From the NCBI GenBank assembly GCA_963805855.1, contig CAWDVW010000005.1, forward strand, positions 192,001 to 256,000: a stretch of 64,000 nucleotides of DNA. Reading direction: 5' to 3'. Numbering within the stretch: the first letter of the stretch is position 1; each line of letters opens with the position of its first letter. Positions 19,526-29,259 of the stretch are shown piece after piece. The notes under the pieces are model-generated. The model worked only from the letters and a program-made list of their open reading frames with translations. It did no database searches and was not told where the DNA came from. The position numbers and the translations under genes are program-made. This DNA is from Candidatus Dadabacteria bacterium. GTDB lineage: Bacteria; Desulfobacterota_D; UBA1144; Nemesobacterales; CSP1-2.

Positions 19526-20635
19526 TTAATTATAAACTCTGACAACATTATAGAGAGCGTCGCGTTCAACCGGGGTATAGCCTGAATTTCTTATCATATT
19601 TACCATGAAATCCCTGCTGTGGCCGACCTCGGAGGGAGCGCCCGCATCGTGAATTATCTTCTCTCTGATAATAGTCCCGTCGGCGTCACTGGCACCGTAA
19701 TGAAGGGCAACCTGCGCGGTTTTTTCCCCGAGAGTTATCCAGTAGGCCTTTATATGAGGAAAGTTGTCAAGGTAGAGACGGGCAAGGGCATGAATTTTTA
19801 GATCATAAATCCCGGGGATAAATTTTACCTCTTTCTTGAGTCCTGTATTTTCAGTCTGGAAGAGAACGGGTATAAAGGCAAAGAATCCAGGTGATTCATC
19901 TTCGATCCTTCTGAGCCTCTCAAGGTGATCCACAACATGGAACGGCTCCTCGATATGACCGTATAAAATCGTTGCATTTGTGGGTATCCCCAAGCTATGT
20001 GCTAACTTGTGTATCTCCTCCCACCTTGTGGCAACCGTTTTGGGAGCACATATCTTCTTTCTCACGTCCGGATGAAGGATTTCTGCACCACCTCCTGTGA
20101 GCGCATCCACACCGGTCTCTTTCAGTGTTATCAATACATCCTCTATACCCATACCACTGATCTCCGTAAACCAGTCTATTTCGACCGCGGTAAAGGCCTT
20201 CACATGAGTCTGGGGGAAATGACCTTTGATGAGCTTTACGATGTCCAAATAGTGCTGGAAATCCCATTCAGGATGAAGTCCGCCGACTATATGAACCTCT
20301 CTAATCTCATCATTAAGCATCGATAAAATTTGATCATGTGTCAGTTCATACGCACTGGGCGAGCGTTTGGTGACACCGAAAGCACAAAACCTGCAGGATA
20401 TTGCACAGATGTTTGTGGGATTCACATGCCGGTTTACTACAAAGTAGACCCTGTCGCCTTCCCTCTTCCTCTTTACATAATCCGCCATCATGCCAACCGT
20501 ATGAAGGTCGTCGGTCTCTAGTAACTTGAGTCCATCCTCAAACGTTAATCGCTTTTCCTCCCGCACCTTATCAAGGATTGGTAATAGCGATTTGTCCTGG
20601 CAAAGGATCTCTATCTTTTCCAATAATCCTTCCAT
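19526..20635 (-). CDS. mqnE: Aminofutalosine synthase (radical SAM)
   Basis: NPTNICAISCRFCAF CxxxCxxC, HIVGGLHP, GGGAEI, HIKAYW; next to ubiD, ubiX and mqnP. Confidence 0.9.
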   Translation of the reverse strand: MEGLLEKIEILCQDKSLLPILDKVREEKRLTFEDGLKLLETDDLHTVGMMADYVKRKREGDRVYFVVNRHVNPTNICAISCRFCAFGVTKRSPSAYELTHDQILSMLNDEIREVHIVGGLHPEWDFQHYLDIVKLIKGHFPQTHVKAFTAVEIDWFTEISGMGIEDVLITLKETGVDALTGGGAEILHPDVRKKICAPKTVATRWEEIHKLAHSLGIPTNATILYGHIEEPFHVVDHLERLRRIEDESPGFFAFIPVLFQTENTGLKKEVKFIPGIYDLKIHALARLYLDNFPHIKAYWITLGEKTAQVALHYGASDADGTIIREKIIHDAGAPSEVGHSRDFMVNMIRNSGYTPVERDALYNVVRVYN

Positions 20636-22378
20636 CTCTTACTTACCTTCTTCTTAATTTCATCCGACATGTCAATGACCTCAGGATACCACTCTTTTAT
20701 TGTCGCATCTATCCCCATTCTTCCATCATATATTACAGCCGATCCGCTAAGCTCGATATGCTCAAATATTACATCAAGATACGGATCAAACCTAGTAAAT
20801 ATACCCCAAATAACCTCCGTGTCATCATGTATCTCAATATCAGGACTCACAATTGAAATGATTCTTATATCCTCATAACCCGGCGTTTCGAAGATCTTCT
20901 TTATCACATCTTTCGGTTCCTTATGCACCTTCAATACAAGAAAGCCACCGGGGAGCAGTCGGAAATCAATTATCTCCTTATGCTTTTCTCTCGGATCGGA
21001 AACCCGCTTGGGCAGTTTCCTCTTTTTTTCTCCCGGCGCGTCTTACAGCGTTTATACCCATCTTACTCCCGACATTCATTTTTCCGCTTGTAAAGTCTAA
21101 AGTATCGAGCGGCGCCCATGGAATAAGCACAAAATCCTCCCGAGGATCAAAATTCTCCCCAATCTCAGTAAGAACCGCTTCCATGTCCCTGGGATTAACA
21201 TCGCTTGAAACCATTACCATACATTTTGTCAGAAGAAGCTGACCTATACCCCAAAGAGCAAGCATAGCCTTTATACCGTTTTTTGGATATCTCTCATCTA
21301 CCGAAACCGCCAGGAGATTATGAAACCCCGCGGCAGGGTAAGCCCACATGTCCTTAACCTCTGGCTGCACAATCCTTATCAAAGGGGAAAACATCTCGGC
21401 AGCGGCTATTCCAAGATACACGTCCTCCATAGTGGGTTTTCCAACAACTGTAGATGGATAAATGGGATTGTTCCTGAATGTAATTTCCCTAACATTAAAT
21501 ATTGGAAAATCGGCTTCCATAGAATAATGACCAAAATGGTCGCCAAATGGTCCCTCCTCCCTCAAAACTTCCTGAGGGACAACCCCTTCAATTATAAATT
21601 CCGCGTTACCCGGAACTCTGAGGGAAATAGATTTGCCCCGTATCATTGGAATCGGCTTACCCCTCAAATAACTTGCAAAGGCCAATTCATCCATGCCCTC
21701 AGGGAGAGGAGCAATTGCACTAAAGATCATCTTTGGATCACCGCCCAGTATCACAGCCGCATCGAGGTCTCTCCCAAGTTTTGAGGCTTCGTGATAATGT
21801 GCAGCACCACCTTTGTGCGGGTGCCAGTGCATTGCTGTTGTTTTATCATCAAATATTTGCATCCTGTATATTCCGAGATTTCTACGGTTGGATACCGGGT
21901 CCTGGGTCAGAATTAATCCAAGTGTGATGAACCTTCCACCATCCTTGGGCCAGCATTTCATGATAGGAAGTTTGCCAAGATCCGGCTGGATTCGATTCTC
22001 CTGGACGATTCCGTTTTTCACATTCTTTGTCCTCATTGAGAGAAGGCCAAAGAGCTTTGGAAATATCGAGAAGAACGATTTTATTGATGGAGGGTTTAAC
22101 TTTTCAAAAATATTAACAAGCTCCTCACCCACTTCCTTCGGCTTTCTTCCCAGTGCCAGCTCAACTCTCTCCTCAGTTCCAAATAGATTGATTGCCAGAG
22201 GAAAGGAGGCACCCTTTACGTTCTCAAATACAAGTGCCGTCCCCTTTTCCTTAGCGACTCTGGAGTATATCTCTGTGATCTCGAGAATCGGATCAACCTC
22301 AGCTTTGACCCTGGTCAAATCACCAATGGCCTCGAGATAGGTAATATATTCCTGAAGATCTTCAAAATTCTTCTTCAT
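20611..22378 (-). pseudogene. ubiD: UbiD-family menaquinone-pathway decarboxylase (MqnL-like), frameshifted
   Basis: EGPFGDHFGHYS, RNLGIYRMQ, LDTLD; ORFs 20978-22378 and 20611-20934 join into one frame if one A is removed from the A7 run at 21023-21029; may be a sequencing error. Confidence 0.85.
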
Positions 22379-22709
22379 TTATGATTTTAGGACCTTTCGT
22401 TATACGTTTGAACCTTGATTATACCATTTTCCGGCGACTGTTCACCACAGACGTACCGAGCAAGAATTACCACTGAATTTAAACTTAGCTTTCCGATTGT
22501 CTTTACCGCACCGTTAGTTTGAAAAATGAGAAAACGAGACGCAAACCTGTTAACTCGAAGCTTTTTGTCATTGGCCAGAAGGCTACGCCTCCCTGGGCCT
22601 GAAGGTTAAAGGTTCTAAGCCCCGCCAAAGTAGCCGGTAGTCGCAGGATGTTGGACTGCGTATAATATAAAACAAACTTTCAGGGGGGTAGCAAAAAAAA
22701 CAACGAAGA

Positions 22710-22739
22710 TGTCCTAAAAAATTTCAGATCCATCGTCGT
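22710..22739 (+). promoter_or_regulatory. ECF-type promoter motif, copy 1
   Basis: TGTCCT-N17-TCGTCGT; repeated at 24134 and 25115. Confidence 0.65.
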
Positions 22740-22876
22740 TATTATGAATATGAAACAAGACCTAGCGAAAGAGTGTATAAAATGATGCGAATCCTGTAGG
22801 CTTGCACCAGACAATAGACAAGTTGGCTGCACATCTGAAATAATTTTGGTCAACTTGATGAAAAGGAGAAATTCAT

Positions 22877-22966
22877 ATGCAAAAAATCACACCATGCCTG
22901 TGGTTCGATAGCAACGACGTGGAGTTCGAGAGTCATGCCTCGTTACTATCGGCCTGGCAAGCTTGA
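22877..22966 (+). pseudogene. Truncated PhnB/3-dmu-9-type VOC gene
   Basis: AAGGAG RBS then MQKITPCLWFDSN, the canonical N-terminus of this family, ending after 29 aa. Confidence 0.75.
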
Positions 22967-23048
22967 CAACGGCCGCTAACATCTAGAATGTGAAAGCATA
23001 AATATAGTTTGATAATAAATCCAAACGAAACAATGGGAGAATGGAAAA

Positions 23049-23480
23049 ATGGCAACGATTAATCCTTATTTAAACTTTAATGGCAACACCGAAGAGGCAT
23101 TTAATTTTTATAAATCAGTATTTGGCGGAGAATTTATGGTTTTAATGCGTTGGAAAGACGCACCTGAGGCGGACAAGATACCTGCATCAGATCACGAGAA
23201 AATTATGCATGTCTCTTTACCCATCGGAAAAGGAAACGTCCTCATGGCAACCGACGCTTTGGAATCATGCGGACATTCCCTAACCCAGGGAAACAATTTC
23301 TATATTTCGATTAATGCTGAAAGCGAAGAAGAAGCAAATCGTTTATTCAATGGACTTTCAGCAGGTGGGCAGGTAACAATGGCGCTCCATAAGGCTTTTT
23401 GGGGTGCATATTTTGGAATGTTTACCGACAAGTTTGGAATTCAATGGATGGTAAGCCACGACTATAATCAACAGAAATAA
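23049..23480 (+). CDS. VOC family protein (PhnB/YjdN-like)
   Basis: INPYLNFNGNTEEAFNFYKSVFGG, KIMH, FWGAYFGMFTDKFGIQWM. Confidence 0.93.
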   Translation: MATINPYLNFNGNTEEAFNFYKSVFGGEFMVLMRWKDAPEADKIPASDHEKIMHVSLPIGKGNVLMATDALESCGHSLTQGNNFYISINAESEEEANRLFNGLSAGGQVTMALHKAFWGAYFGMFTDKFGIQWMVSHDYNQQK

Positions 23481-23495
23481 CATGGGAGAATCAAA

Positions 23496-23945
23496 ATGAT
23501 AAGAACAAGTTTGAAGCGCTTCTTTCAGCCCGTTTCTCTGCCGACCTTTGCGTCGGCCGCGCTTCTCGTGCTTCGCCTGATCGTAGGAGCCGCGTTTGTA
23601 TTTCATGGCTGGGGAAAAATCCAGACTCCGTTTGGTTGGAATCCTCCTGAGTCTCCTGTTTTCATTCCCGTTATATTCCAGTTATTGGCGGCAATCTCGG
23701 AGTTCGGTGGCGGAATTGCCTGGATACTCGGGCTCTTGACTCCTATCGCGTCACTGGGAATCGGCTGTACCATGGCGGTGGCTGTTTATTTACACTCGAT
23801 GGTAATGAAGGATCCATTCGTTAATTTGACCGGCGGGTCCTCATACGAGCCGGCCTTGGTCTATCTCGGGATTGCCCTGGTTTTTCTCGCGCTGGGACCC
23901 GGAAAATTCTCGTTAGATGAGGGGATATTTGGAGAGCACAAATGA
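23496..23945 (+). CDS. DoxX family membrane protein
   Basis: LLVLRLIVG..FVFHGWGK, EFGGG, GPGKFSLD. Confidence 0.92.
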   Translation: MIRTSLKRFFQPVSLPTFASAALLVLRLIVGAAFVFHGWGKIQTPFGWNPPESPVFIPVIFQLLAAISEFGGGIAWILGLLTPIASLGIGCTMAVAVYLHSMVMKDPFVNLTGGSSYEPALVYLGIALVFLALGPGKFSLDEGIFGEHK

Positions 23946-24133
23946 GAAGAGTAATGGAAAAAAGAGGAGCGCGACCCCTTCTCATCGAAGCAGCTTGCCG
24001 ACAGCCGGAAGCCTAATCCTTTTAGCGCGTCATGGTTAAGGCTTAAAGCGCGCAAGGCACCTGGTAGCCGCAAAAGATTCAATCGCGTATAATCTAGGAG
24101 TAATGTTCGGGAGGGCAAGAAAATTAATGAAAG

Positions 24134-24162
24134 TGTCCTTACATGTCTCTCCCATTCGTCGT
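24134..24162 (+). promoter_or_regulatory. ECF-type promoter motif, copy 2
   Basis: TGTCCT-N16-TCGTCGT, 41 bp before the DUF899 start. Confidence 0.7.
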
Positions 24163-24203
24163 ATTCATGAATACGGACAAAACTGTACCAAGGAGAATTC
24201 ATC

Positions 24204-24980
24204 ATGACTAAAAACAAGATAGAGCAACCGAAAGTCGTGTTGCGGGACGAATGGCTCGCTGCACGTAAAGAATTTCTCCGGAAGGAGAAGGAGTTCACTC
24301 GGTTGCGCGACCAGTTGAGCGCTGAGCGGCGTCAGCTGCCCTGGGTCAAGGTGGACAAAAATTACGTCTTCAACGGATCCGGCGGAAAAGAGACGCTCTC
24401 AGACCTCTTCGAGGGACGTAGGCAATTAATCGTTTACCACTTCATGTTTGACCCCGATTGGGAGGAGGGCTGCAAATCGTGCTCATTGCTCGCGGACCAT
24501 TACAACCCGGCAATCGTTCATCTGAATCACAGGGACGTCTCGATGGTCACAATTTCCCGGGCTCCGCTGGAGAAGCTTCTTGCGTTTCGGAAGCGGATGG
24601 GATGGACGTTTAAGTGGGTGTCGTCATTCGATAGTGATTTTAATCGCGACTTTAATGTAACGTTCACGGCGGAAGAGTTGGAAAGCAATACGGCCAATTA
24701 CAACTACGATTTCAAGCCATTTCCGGTGACCGAAGCACCGGGAATCAGTGTATTCTTCAAAGACGATGACGGAAACATCTTCCACACCTACTCTTCCTAT
24801 GCTCGTGGACTTGACATATTCATCAGCGCCTACAATCTTCTTGATATCGTTCCCAAGGGGCGGGACGAGGACGGTTTGCGTTACACCATGGAGTGGATTC
24901 GCCATCACGACCGTTATGACGACGTCACATTCGTTGACCCATATGTAGAGTTGATACCGCGCGGTTCCGGTGAGTCATAA
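24204..24980 (+). CDS. DUF899 thioredoxin-like protein
   Basis: EWLAARK..L.KEKE.TR.RD, LPWV, QLIVYHFMF, GCKSCS, FHTYSSYARG, PKGRDE. Confidence 0.95.
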   Translation: MTKNKIEQPKVVLRDEWLAARKEFLRKEKEFTRLRDQLSAERRQLPWVKVDKNYVFNGSGGKETLSDLFEGRRQLIVYHFMFDPDWEEGCKSCSLLADHYNPAIVHLNHRDVSMVTISRAPLEKLLAFRKRMGWTFKWVSSFDSDFNRDFNVTFTAEELESNTANYNYDFKPFPVTEAPGISVFFKDDDGNIFHTYSSYARGLDIFISAYNLLDIVPKGRDEDGLRYTMEWIRHHDRYDDVTFVDPYVELIPRGSGES

Positions 24981-25114
24981 AGTCAGGTGGGTTCACCATG
25001 AGAATCGATCTTTTAAGCCCGAGCGCACGCGAGAAATCTGGTTGTACCAATTATTCTGAGTCCGTATAATATAAAAGGAATGTACAGTAGCGGCAAAGAA
25101 AAAATCAACCAAGG

Positions 25115-25143
25115 TGTCCTCAACACTTTCTCTCGCTCGTCGT
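25115..25143 (+). promoter_or_regulatory. ECF-type promoter motif, copy 3
   Basis: TGTCCT-N16-TCGTCGT, followed by an AGGA RBS and ATG at 25183. Confidence 0.65.
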
Positions 25144-25187
25144 ATTAGTGAAACTAAACAGAACCATATTGGTAGGAATATTATGTT

Positions 25188-25388
25188 CGGAATCGGGAGC
25201 AGTTGAATTCTTACTATTTGCTTTACGCGGCGCTAGGCAAGTTCGAATCGCTTCTCAGCAATCGACAGGCCGCTATCAATTATTTTCGCAAGTCGCTTGA
25301 GCTGGCAACCATCAAATCGGAAATGAAGTTCTTGTCCAAAAGACTACGTGCCCTCGAAGACCCGGGAATAGCGATTAGCGCGTCTTGA
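25188..25388 (+). pseudogene. C-terminal TPR fragment of an ECF42-type sigma factor
   Basis: RNREQLNSYYLLYAALG..AAINYFRKSLELA....EMKFL.KRL resembles the terminal TPR of ECF42 sigmas; no sigma2/sigma4 region; out of frame with the ATG at 25183. Confidence 0.7.
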
Positions 25389-25440
25389 CATAAACCAAAG
25401 TTATTAAGAAAGCACAAAGTCAAACAATGACCCCATTAAG

Positions 25441-25992
25441 CTAATCCAGTTCCTGGTGCATCCAACCGTTCGGAACCTCGACGCCTATGACGTTTAGGAT
25501 CTTATTCACATAACCCTCAACAAGGTCATTTACCGAATTTGCCTTAATATAATGTGGCGGGCTGATTGGCATTATAACGGCACCCTCCCGCGAAAGCTTG
25601 AGTGCATTCTCAAGGGCGATTGAGCTAAGAGGGGTTTCCCTGATAGCAAGTACAATCCTTCTTTTCTCTTTGAGCGCGACCTGTGCAACCCTCGTTATGA
25701 GGGTATCTGCTATCCCGTTGGCGATCTTAGCCAATGTAGAAACGGAGCAGGGAACGATGACAAGAGAGTCGAAATGGTTGCTCCCGGAAGAGAATGGAGC
25801 AGCTAGGTCCCAGTCATCAAAGGTTTTTTTCGCCCAGGGCGCAAGCTCTTCTATCTTAACACCCAATTCTTCATGCAGTACTCTCTTTCCCCACTTACTC
25901 GCAATCAGAAACTTTTCATCGGGGCATCTCCTGAGAAAATCTACGCCATATATTACCCCTGAAGCCCCTGTAATGCCTACAATGGTTCGCAT
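25441..25992 (-). CDS. ubiX: Flavin prenyltransferase
   Basis: IVGITGASG, SSGS, PCS..TLAKIA.G.AD.LITR.A.V.LKE.R, RETPL. Confidence 0.96.
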   Translation of the reverse strand: MRTIVGITGASGVIYGVDFLRRCPDEKFLIASKWGKRVLHEELGVKIEELAPWAKKTFDDWDLAAPFSSGSNHFDSLVIVPCSVSTLAKIANGIADTLITRVAQVALKEKRRIVLAIRETPLSSIALENALKLSREGAVIMPISPPHYIKANSVNDLVEGYVNKILNVIGVEVPNGWMHQELD

Positions 25993-25993
25993 T

Positions 25994-26836
25994 TCAAGGT
26001 AAGTATATCCCAGAGATTACAAAAATAAAAACAAAAAACCCTACCAAGATGTTGATTTTAAAAAAAGCCAGGTCCACATTTGACGACTTCTTGTATTCCA
26101 AGAATAGAAGAAGGCCTGATACAAACAAAAACGGCAGCGCATACAGGGTATTAAACTTATATAAATAAAGAATTACGAGCACAATAAACGCGAAAAAATG
26201 CAGCAAAGCCGAAATCGATAGAGCCCTTTTCGTCCCGAAAACCGAAACAAGAGAGAAGACACCGCTTTCTCTATCAGATTCCTCGTCAAGGGTTGCATAT
26301 ATGATATCAAAACCGGAAACCCAACATAAGGTAAAAAGAGATAGAAGTATAGCTGGTAACAAGCCACCCAGTGAACAAGTAACCGCTACCCAACCTCCTA
26401 GAGGAGCAAGTGCCAGTCCAAGGCCAACCCCAAAATGACAGAGGTAAGTAAATCTCTTCATGTATGGGTATGAGACGAAGACGATTAGCGGAATAGGTGA
26501 GAGATATAGAACGAGATCGCAGATCAAAGATGCGGAAATAATGTATACCAGGATTCCCGCACAGGTTATCGCTAAGGCGCCTCTAAGCGAAATCACGCCC
26601 GAGGGTAGTTCCCTGCCTGCAGTTCGAGGGTTTCTTCTATCAATTTCTCGGTCAATGATTCTGTTCAGTCCGAGTGCCGCTGTCCTCGCTCCAATACCTG
26701 CAAAAAGAATTAGTATCAACAATTTTATATTGGGAACACCGTCGGCAGCTAAAAAGGCGCCTGATAAAATCAAAGGGAGTGAAAAAAGGGTATGTTCAAC
26801 CTTTATAAAGCTCCCATAGTTTCTGAGGTTCTTCAT
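25994..26836 (-). CDS. mqnP: UbiA-family polyprenyltransferase (MqnP-like)
   Basis: IKVEHTLFSLP, NRIIDREIDRRNPRTA.RELP, YPYMKRFT, GFDIIYATLD, AFFKIN. Confidence 0.9.
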   Translation of the reverse strand: MKNLRNYGSFIKVEHTLFSLPLILSGAFLAADGVPNIKLLILILFAGIGARTAALGLNRIIDREIDRRNPRTAGRELPSGVISLRGALAITCAGILVYIISASLICDLVLYLSPIPLIVFVSYPYMKRFTYLCHFGVGLGLALAPLGGWVAVTCSLGGLLPAILLSLFTLCWVSGFDIIYATLDEESDRESGVFSLVSVFGTKRALSISALLHFFAFIVLVILYLYKFNTLYALPFLFVSGLLLFLEYKKSSNVDLAFFKINILVGFFVFIFVISGIYLP

Positions 26837-26890
26837 TTTCGACAGGATTTTACCCGATTTGGGTTTATTAATAAGGAATATGATCCTATT

Positions 26891-27200
26891 TGTGGATGTT
26901 AGATAATTCGGAGACAGAACCTTTAAACCTGTTATGTTAAATTACTTTTCTTTTTAACTTCTTTGTCTTGATACTGAAACGGGTTCAGCACAGGTACAAA
27001 GTAACAACCCTTCGACTTTGCTCACGGCAAGGGCATTTAAACCCTGTCATATCGAGCAATGGCGAGATATCTTTCCTCTTTTATAAATAAAGATCTCTCA
27101 GTCACTTTGTTCCTTCGAGATGACAGTATTGATTGATTGTCATTTTTTTAACATCTTCGTTCCTGATTTTCTTAACGCAATTTTTGGAAGGCCATTTAAG
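26891..27200. mobile_element. Partial/rearranged copy of the nested repeat core
   Basis: One TIR (TGTGGATGTTAGATAATTCGGAGACAG), the TTCTTTGTCTTGATAC module, a GTCAT-type REP pair and the TTTTTTAAC..GCCATTTAAG module, shared with the copies at 33970 and 46496. Confidence 0.75.
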
Positions 27201-27354
27201 TTTTTTGATTCAGAGTGACAAACACAATTTATGCTGCGATCCTACTAATGCGGATGGCTCTTAAAATTACAGCCAGGCCAAAAGCAATCCTCTGGTTAAA
27301 TGTTATATTATGATGTTGCATACAACCATATAAACCCAAGAAAGGAGAGATATA

Positions 27355-27738
27355 ATGAGCGACGATAGATATGAACGCGGGCTTAAAAACTTCATAGGAA
27401 TCACTGGTGACGTAGGGGAAAAGTTTATTCGGAATTTGAATGAAATCTCACCTGACTTTTCACGCTACTTAGTCGAATATCCCTTTGGAGATATTTACAA
27501 CCGTCCCGGCCTTGATGTAAAAATGAGGGAACTTGTCACATTGTCAGCCCTTGCGGCACTGGGATATGCAGAACCGGAAGTGAAAGCGCACACCAAGGTC
27601 GCACTCAACACAGGTGTTACGCGTGAGGAAATAATAGAGGTTTTTATTCAAATATCCGTGTATGCCGGCTTTCCGGCTGCGATCAATGCACTTCTTGCCG
27701 CAAAAGAAGTCTTCAAAGAATTGGATGAAAAAAAATAG
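27355..27738 (+). CDS. Carboxymuconolactone decarboxylase family protein
   Basis: EYPFGDIY.RPGLD.K.REL.T, H...AL..G.T.EEI.E, YAGFPAA. Confidence 0.93.
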   Translation: MSDDRYERGLKNFIGITGDVGEKFIRNLNEISPDFSRYLVEYPFGDIYNRPGLDVKMRELVTLSALAALGYAEPEVKAHTKVALNTGVTREEIIEVFIQISVYAGFPAAINALLAAKEVFKELDEKK

Positions 27739-27842
27739 TCACACCAATGATAAGTTCAACTTATGGTACACAGAACACTTTTTTCGTCTTGTTTGGATGC
27801 CAAAAATTACAGACTTTCCTTCACGAGAGGCTTGTTATGCAA

Positions 27843-29030
27843 TTATTTACCGGCTTTCTTTTCCTTCTTCTCAAAGCTAACCTTTAGGACTCCATCATCA
27901 AAACGGGCATCCTCCACTTCAAGCCTTGCGAGGAAATTCGGCAGGAAAACATTACGCCGCTGGTTTTCGATCTGGATAGTAAGCTCATCACCCGTCTGAA
28001 AAAGGTTGATTTTCTCCTTGGAGACAAATGGGAGTTTCAAATGCAGCTGATAACCGCCCTTCTCCTTAACTATATTGTACGGCTTCCCCGTAAAAAAAAT
28101 CTTGGTTGGGTCCTTACCGTCGAATAATGTCTCACCAAATTTCTCAAGTGAGCTTACACCCATTACCTCTCTTGAAAACATCGGCGCCTCGAAGTGGGGC
28201 AGCGGACTGAAAAGTTCCTCAATCTCCTCCCTGTACCCCTGCTGATGTTTTTTCCATTCTTCGAAAAATGGATCGGTTACGCCTACCGGCATTGACCTGT
28301 TTACTATCACCGCATCGGTAGGGTATCCGTATAAATTGAGGTACGTAAATGCCCTCTGGGTCTCCTTAATCACCATCTTCTCTAGATTCAGTACGAGCCT
28401 GATTGATGTTACCTTCGGATCGGAAAACACCTTATGTATTGAGTCTAGTCGATCGAACAGATCTTCCACAGCATCATATGTATGATCCTCCGGGAGCGGC
28501 ATATTACTTACGACCTTAACCGCAGGTCGAATTACCTTTACAAGCTTCCTTTCGATAGGAAATATCTTCACGATCCACCACCTTGCGACGTCAGGCAATG
28601 ATAGTAACCGAAGTGTCTCTCCAGTGGGGGCGCTATCTACAATGATCACGTCATACAAATCATCTTTGAAGTGACTGTGAACCCAGAGAAAACATGAGAC
28701 CTCTTCCATTCCGGGTAGAACACTAAACTCCTCCGATAGTATGTCATCTACCTTCATCCAATTGAACAAGGAATGCAGATACTTTGTTAAACTCCCCCAG
28801 TATTTTTCAACTGAGTAATAAACATCGATCTCCTGGGCGTACAAGTTAGGCATGATTTTTATCGGCTCGGGGCCTAGCTCTATGTCAAAAGCATCTCTCA
28901 GGCTATGAGCAGCATCTGTAGAAATTACTAGTGTCTTGTAACCCCGTTTCGAACATTGAATTGCAGTTGCCGCGGCCGTCGTCGTCTTCCCAACTCCGCC
29001 TTTTCCCGTGTACAAGATTATTCTCTTCAT
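27843..29030 (-). CDS. ArsA/Get3-family ATPase with C-terminal HSP20-like domain
   Basis: GKGGVGKT, STDAAHSL, PGMEE, DSAPTGETLRLL; C-terminal LKLPF..GDELTI...NQRR..LP..A.F..G.L.V.F. Confidence 0.92.
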   Translation of the reverse strand: MKRIILYTGKGGVGKTTTAAATAIQCSKRGYKTLVISTDAAHSLRDAFDIELGPEPIKIMPNLYAQEIDVYYSVEKYWGSLTKYLHSLFNWMKVDDILSEEFSVLPGMEEVSCFLWVHSHFKDDLYDVIIVDSAPTGETLRLLSLPDVARWWIVKIFPIERKLVKVIRPAVKVVSNMPLPEDHTYDAVEDLFDRLDSIHKVFSDPKVTSIRLVLNLEKMVIKETQRAFTYLNLYGYPTDAVIVNRSMPVGVTDPFFEEWKKHQQGYREEIEELFSPLPHFEAPMFSREVMGVSSLEKFGETLFDGKDPTKIFFTGKPYNIVKEKGGYQLHLKLPFVSKEKINLFQTGDELTIQIENQRRNVFLPNFLARLEVEDARFDDGVLKVSFEKKEKKAGK

Positions 29031-29175
29031 TCAATATTATCCTTTACATTTAGCATTAAACGGTAAAGCCGTTATTCTACCCTTTTTATCGACCTCTAAG
29101 AAATTTTTAAGCGATGAATGGTCGGACTGATGGGGTATCAGTCACTACATTTTCAGGAAAGCTTGATGAAGAGAA

Positions 29176-29196
29176 GCGGGGTTGGAAAACCCCGCC
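29176..29196 (+). repeat. REP-like hairpin GCGGGGTT-GGAA-AACCCCGC
   Basis: Perfect 8-bp stem; a related copy in the opposite orientation lies at 46391-46415. Confidence 0.6.
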
Positions 29197-29259
29197 TGTC
29201 GTAGTTGACTCATTTCTCGGCCTTCAAAAAAGCAGAATGTTCCAATTTTGATGGGTAAG

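Noticed and set aside
21020-21035. Programmed -1 ribosomal frameshift at the A-run in ubiD
   Set aside because: Joining the two ORFs needs a +1 (or -2) shift, not -1
25183-25206. MFGIG start suggesting a TatA-like gene
   Set aside because: Stops after 7 codons; the same bases read better as RNREQL of the ECF fragment
27843-29030. Arsenic resistance function
   Set aside because: Single ATPase domain with HSP20 tail and no arsR/B/C/D context
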